Shown here one piece after another: positions 60,950-64,000 of a stretch of DNA of 64,000 bases (the first letter of the stretch is position 1; each line of letters opens with the position of its first letter). The notes beneath the pieces were generated by a model. The model was given only the letters and a program-made list of their open reading frames with translations, had not been told where the DNA came from and searched no databases. Origin of the DNA: Psilocybe cubensis (taxonomy: Eukaryota); the NCBI GenBank assembly GCA_017499595.2, contig CM039009.1, positions 1,364,001 through 1,428,000 on the forward strand, read 5' to 3'. The position numbers and the translations under genes are program-made.

Positions 60950-62620
60950 TATGAGCAACTTGGTACCATCCGACGCTAGCGCTGAAGACTCCAAGTCTCA
61001 GTCCGAGTCGAGTCATCCCATAGGCGAGCTTATATATCATATAGCACTTGCCGTTATACTAACGAAGATACCTTGTAGTTTTAAACAAAAACCAGCGAAA
61101 GAACCAAAGGAGGAGAGAGACTTCGAAAGCTGCTAAGGCCAGTGGGCAGTCCAACGGTACGCATGTTGATCTATCTTTAGGGACCCGAGACTATTAACTC
61201 TTTCACAGCATCTGACGCTACAGAGGACACAAAAACGCTCACAGGAGTAGAACAGGTATGATTGCGTCTACCGGCATTTCAGTGCGGTGTTGACTATAGA
61301 TACGTATTTTAGACTACAGGTGTATCCACCTTACCAATGGGCCGCCAACCAATTGAGACGGCTAGCCCGAACCAGTTGTTGAAGACGTCTACTCCGGCCC
61401 ACCGTGACGCTGCGAAGCAGAAAGTTGTTGAAGTAGCCACTGCTCAGGAGGCCGCAACCGCCCTTCCTGCCCAGATGGCGCTACACTCCCTGCCTCAAGC
61501 CAGCATCAATGAATTACGCAATGCAGCAGCACAGATTAACATGCGACAAGGACAGGAACAAAAGAGACTAGACAAAGAGTTGAAACAACTGAAAGCGGTA
61601 TTTGAAGCCGAGATACAGATGCTCAAGGTTAAAGCAGAGGCAGACAGGGCAAAAGCAGAAGCAGACAGGGCAAAAGCAGAAGCAGACAGGGCAAAAGCAG
61701 AAGCAGACAGGGCAAAAGTAGAAGCAGACAGGGCAAAAGCAGAAGCAGACAGGGCAAAAGCAGAAGCAGACAGGGCAAAAGCAGAAGCAGACAGGGCAAA
61801 AGCAGAAGCAGACAGGGCCGAATCCTGGGCTGAGATAAAGACGCTGAATGCTGAAGCAGAAGCAGACAGTGCCGAAATCAGGGCCGAAATAAAGATGCTG
61901 AAGGCTAAAGTAGAAGTAAACAGTGCCGGGATCAAGACGCTCGAGTCAAGAGTTGCGACGTTGGAGTCTGACATGAAAAACATTGAAGCCAGGCTGCGAG
62001 CCCACACCCGCGACATCGACTCGGCGTTTGCGATGTCAAAAGATGTCCTTCAATATGTGGCTACTCATGTATGTTAACCTGATACTTCCTTTACCGCTGC
62101 TGATCATGCTTACCTTACTCTTTCCCCAAAGGATTCGTTTTGGAAAAACCGAATTCGCCGCCGCGCCATCGTCGTACATGCACAGGAGGTCCTGGCACAA
62201 GCTCTCCTTTCAGATTCTTCATCCGACGATAAGAAACCTCCACCGGGGTCACTGTGGAAGAAGATACTTGACTCAAAAGTCAGCGAGACGGACACCAAGG
62301 GAAGAGTAGAACTTGTAAAAGAACTCTTATCGACCTTTGCAAATACGACAGACACCGCCGCTGTGACGAAGACCTTGATCGACAATCTGACGGCAAATGA
62401 CCTAGCTATGAAATGGATCTCTGACGATTTTGGTGAGCTCAGAAACCTTGGAAACGAGTCTGATGCCCCGCATCCCCAGTACAACAAAATGGCCTGGCAG
62501 GAAGTTCTCGACGACATGAACACTGAAAAACAGATCAGTGATGATGAAAAGATAAGTTTACGGCTCCTTGTGGAAGCAATGACTCACATCGAGAATGAAT
62601 ACCCCGCGCAGTCGCGTTGA
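60950..62620 (+). CDS. Coiled-coil protein with AEADRAK heptads, paralogue B
   Basis: ORFs 60915, 61337, 61983 and 62363. Same intron positions and C-terminal domain as paralogue A. Confidence 0.7.
61631..61817 (+). repeat. Coding 21-bp tandem repeat, ~9 copies
   Basis: AAAGCAGAAGCAGACAGGGCA units encoding KAEADRA. Confidence 0.9.
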
Positions 62621-64000
62621 TTTTCTTTTCTCTTTCTTTCTTTGCTTGCTTTTGAAAAGATTTTCACCATTCCAATCTCGCTCGACTACGCTTTCTTCGC
62701 TATACTCCGACTTGCTTTCCTGCTCTGTGACATCGTATCTACATGCTCTAAGCCTGTTGTGCTCGATTTCTGTTTTTGTTTCTAGTACCAATGAAGACAT
62801 CAGTTATCTTCACCTGTCAACACTGTGATAATACAACGTGGCTCAAAGCTGCACTGTTTAACTCACCAGATGTGGAAGTAGCATTGATGTCCCTTCATTG
62901 TTCTGATACGTGAATGAGTTCTAAAATCATATCAGAGAAATAGCGAGAGAGTCTAGAATCTAGTTATCGCCTTGTTTTGGCAAACAGTTGACTCTTGGAT
63001 TGAATTCCAAAGTAGTATGTATGCGTCAAGATTCGAGTCAAACAGTGGGGGTGTACAATGTAAATGTGAATTTTATCAGCGTGGATCCCAGGCTCCAGAA
63101 GACAATGAACAGAGTAGGCGCCGCTGAGAAAAAATGGGAACGTTCCAGAATCCAGTCTCGCTGCTTCCCAAAGTTTTCAAGGTTCGACCAACTGTTGAAA
63201 TGACGGTGGCTGATGGAGTTGGCCGTGATGTTTACGCATAACCATCCTCAAGTTGCCTCGCTTTTCGCGTGAGGTGTCCAGAAAGTGTGAGTGCCAGTAC
63301 TGTGTTCGATGAAGCAGTGGGCGCCGAAATAAATTGAATAGGGAGGAAATGAGAACACCCGACAACAGAACGAGACACTGTACGTATCGGCCTCAGCGTT
63401 TGCTTCTGAACCGACGAGGCTTCATAATGTTTCATCCCGAAAGTGGAATTAAGATTTGAAGCGATGTATAAGAGGTTGAATGACTCGCTAATGGCAGAGA
63501 TATCAAGACGCCGTTCTCTTGTCCTATTCCAGACGACTTGAGACATCAATTGAAACAACCCGCTTGGGCCAAGGTGCCAGACGGTAGTCGGGCTTATGAG
63601 CGTACTATGTACACTTTATCTCCAAAAGAATCACCGAGACCGAAGTCATTGGTATGAGTCCCACCCATACCATTATGTGCACGTCATAATCGGTTTCTTA
63701 AGCATAGCGGCGTGAATCGGAAGGACAGTTTGGCATACATCTGCATACATGCGCCTCGAATTGTTGTGCTGAGAAGCCGAAGAAGACCGGAGAAACGAGC
63801 CATGGCCAGCTAAGATAAGAAGGCCCCAAGAAGGCTCCAAAGCTGCAAAAGAAAGCCTCGGGGTTACAGCGTCTGTCGAGTCGGGGACACAGTCGGACAG
63901 CCATGGGATATCTTGGCTCATTGAGGTTGCCAGCGATGCCCTCGATGAAGTGACCAAGGTAAAATATGAGGATATCGAGGCCCTTTCCGAACCTCGGAAA

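Noticed and set aside
59190-62016. Antisense ALSASA-repeat ORFs
   Set aside because: Reverse-strand shadows of the AEADRAK repeats.
63177-64000. Minus-strand ORFs at the window end
   Set aside because: No recognisable motif and no confident exon chain; may be a gene continuing beyond the window.

Overview
Eukaryotic DNA with short GT-AG introns, most consistent with an agaricomycete (mushroom-forming) fungus. It splits sharply at about 28.5 kb. The left part (1-28480) is a transposon-rich island. It holds a Helitron/Helentron Rep-PIF1 helicase ORF that is truncated by a 100-N gap and has a recognisable 3' hairpin end, plus a second decayed copy of that end at about 90-140. It also holds a decayed KDZ (Kyakuja/CxC2-like) transposase tail, a solo LTR with perfect target-site duplication (TSD), a TA-flanked MITE inside a PDR-type ABC transporter pseudogene, several repeat-rich orphan genes, and divergent intron-containing homologues of two normally single-copy housekeeping genes (Cdt2/DTL WD40 and CstF64/Rna15). 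The right part (28565-64000) is gene-dense host sequence: four tandem RimJ/RimL-type GNAT acetyltransferases with a position-conserved bZIP site, a 69-aa microprotein missing from the ORF track, an F-box/LRR protein, a DUF6699-like protein, a mitochondrial carrier, DPH2, TOM70, several unknown proteins and a tandem paralogue pair with AEADRAK heptad repeats. All family calls come from motif recognition by eye with no database search, and exon boundaries are approximate.
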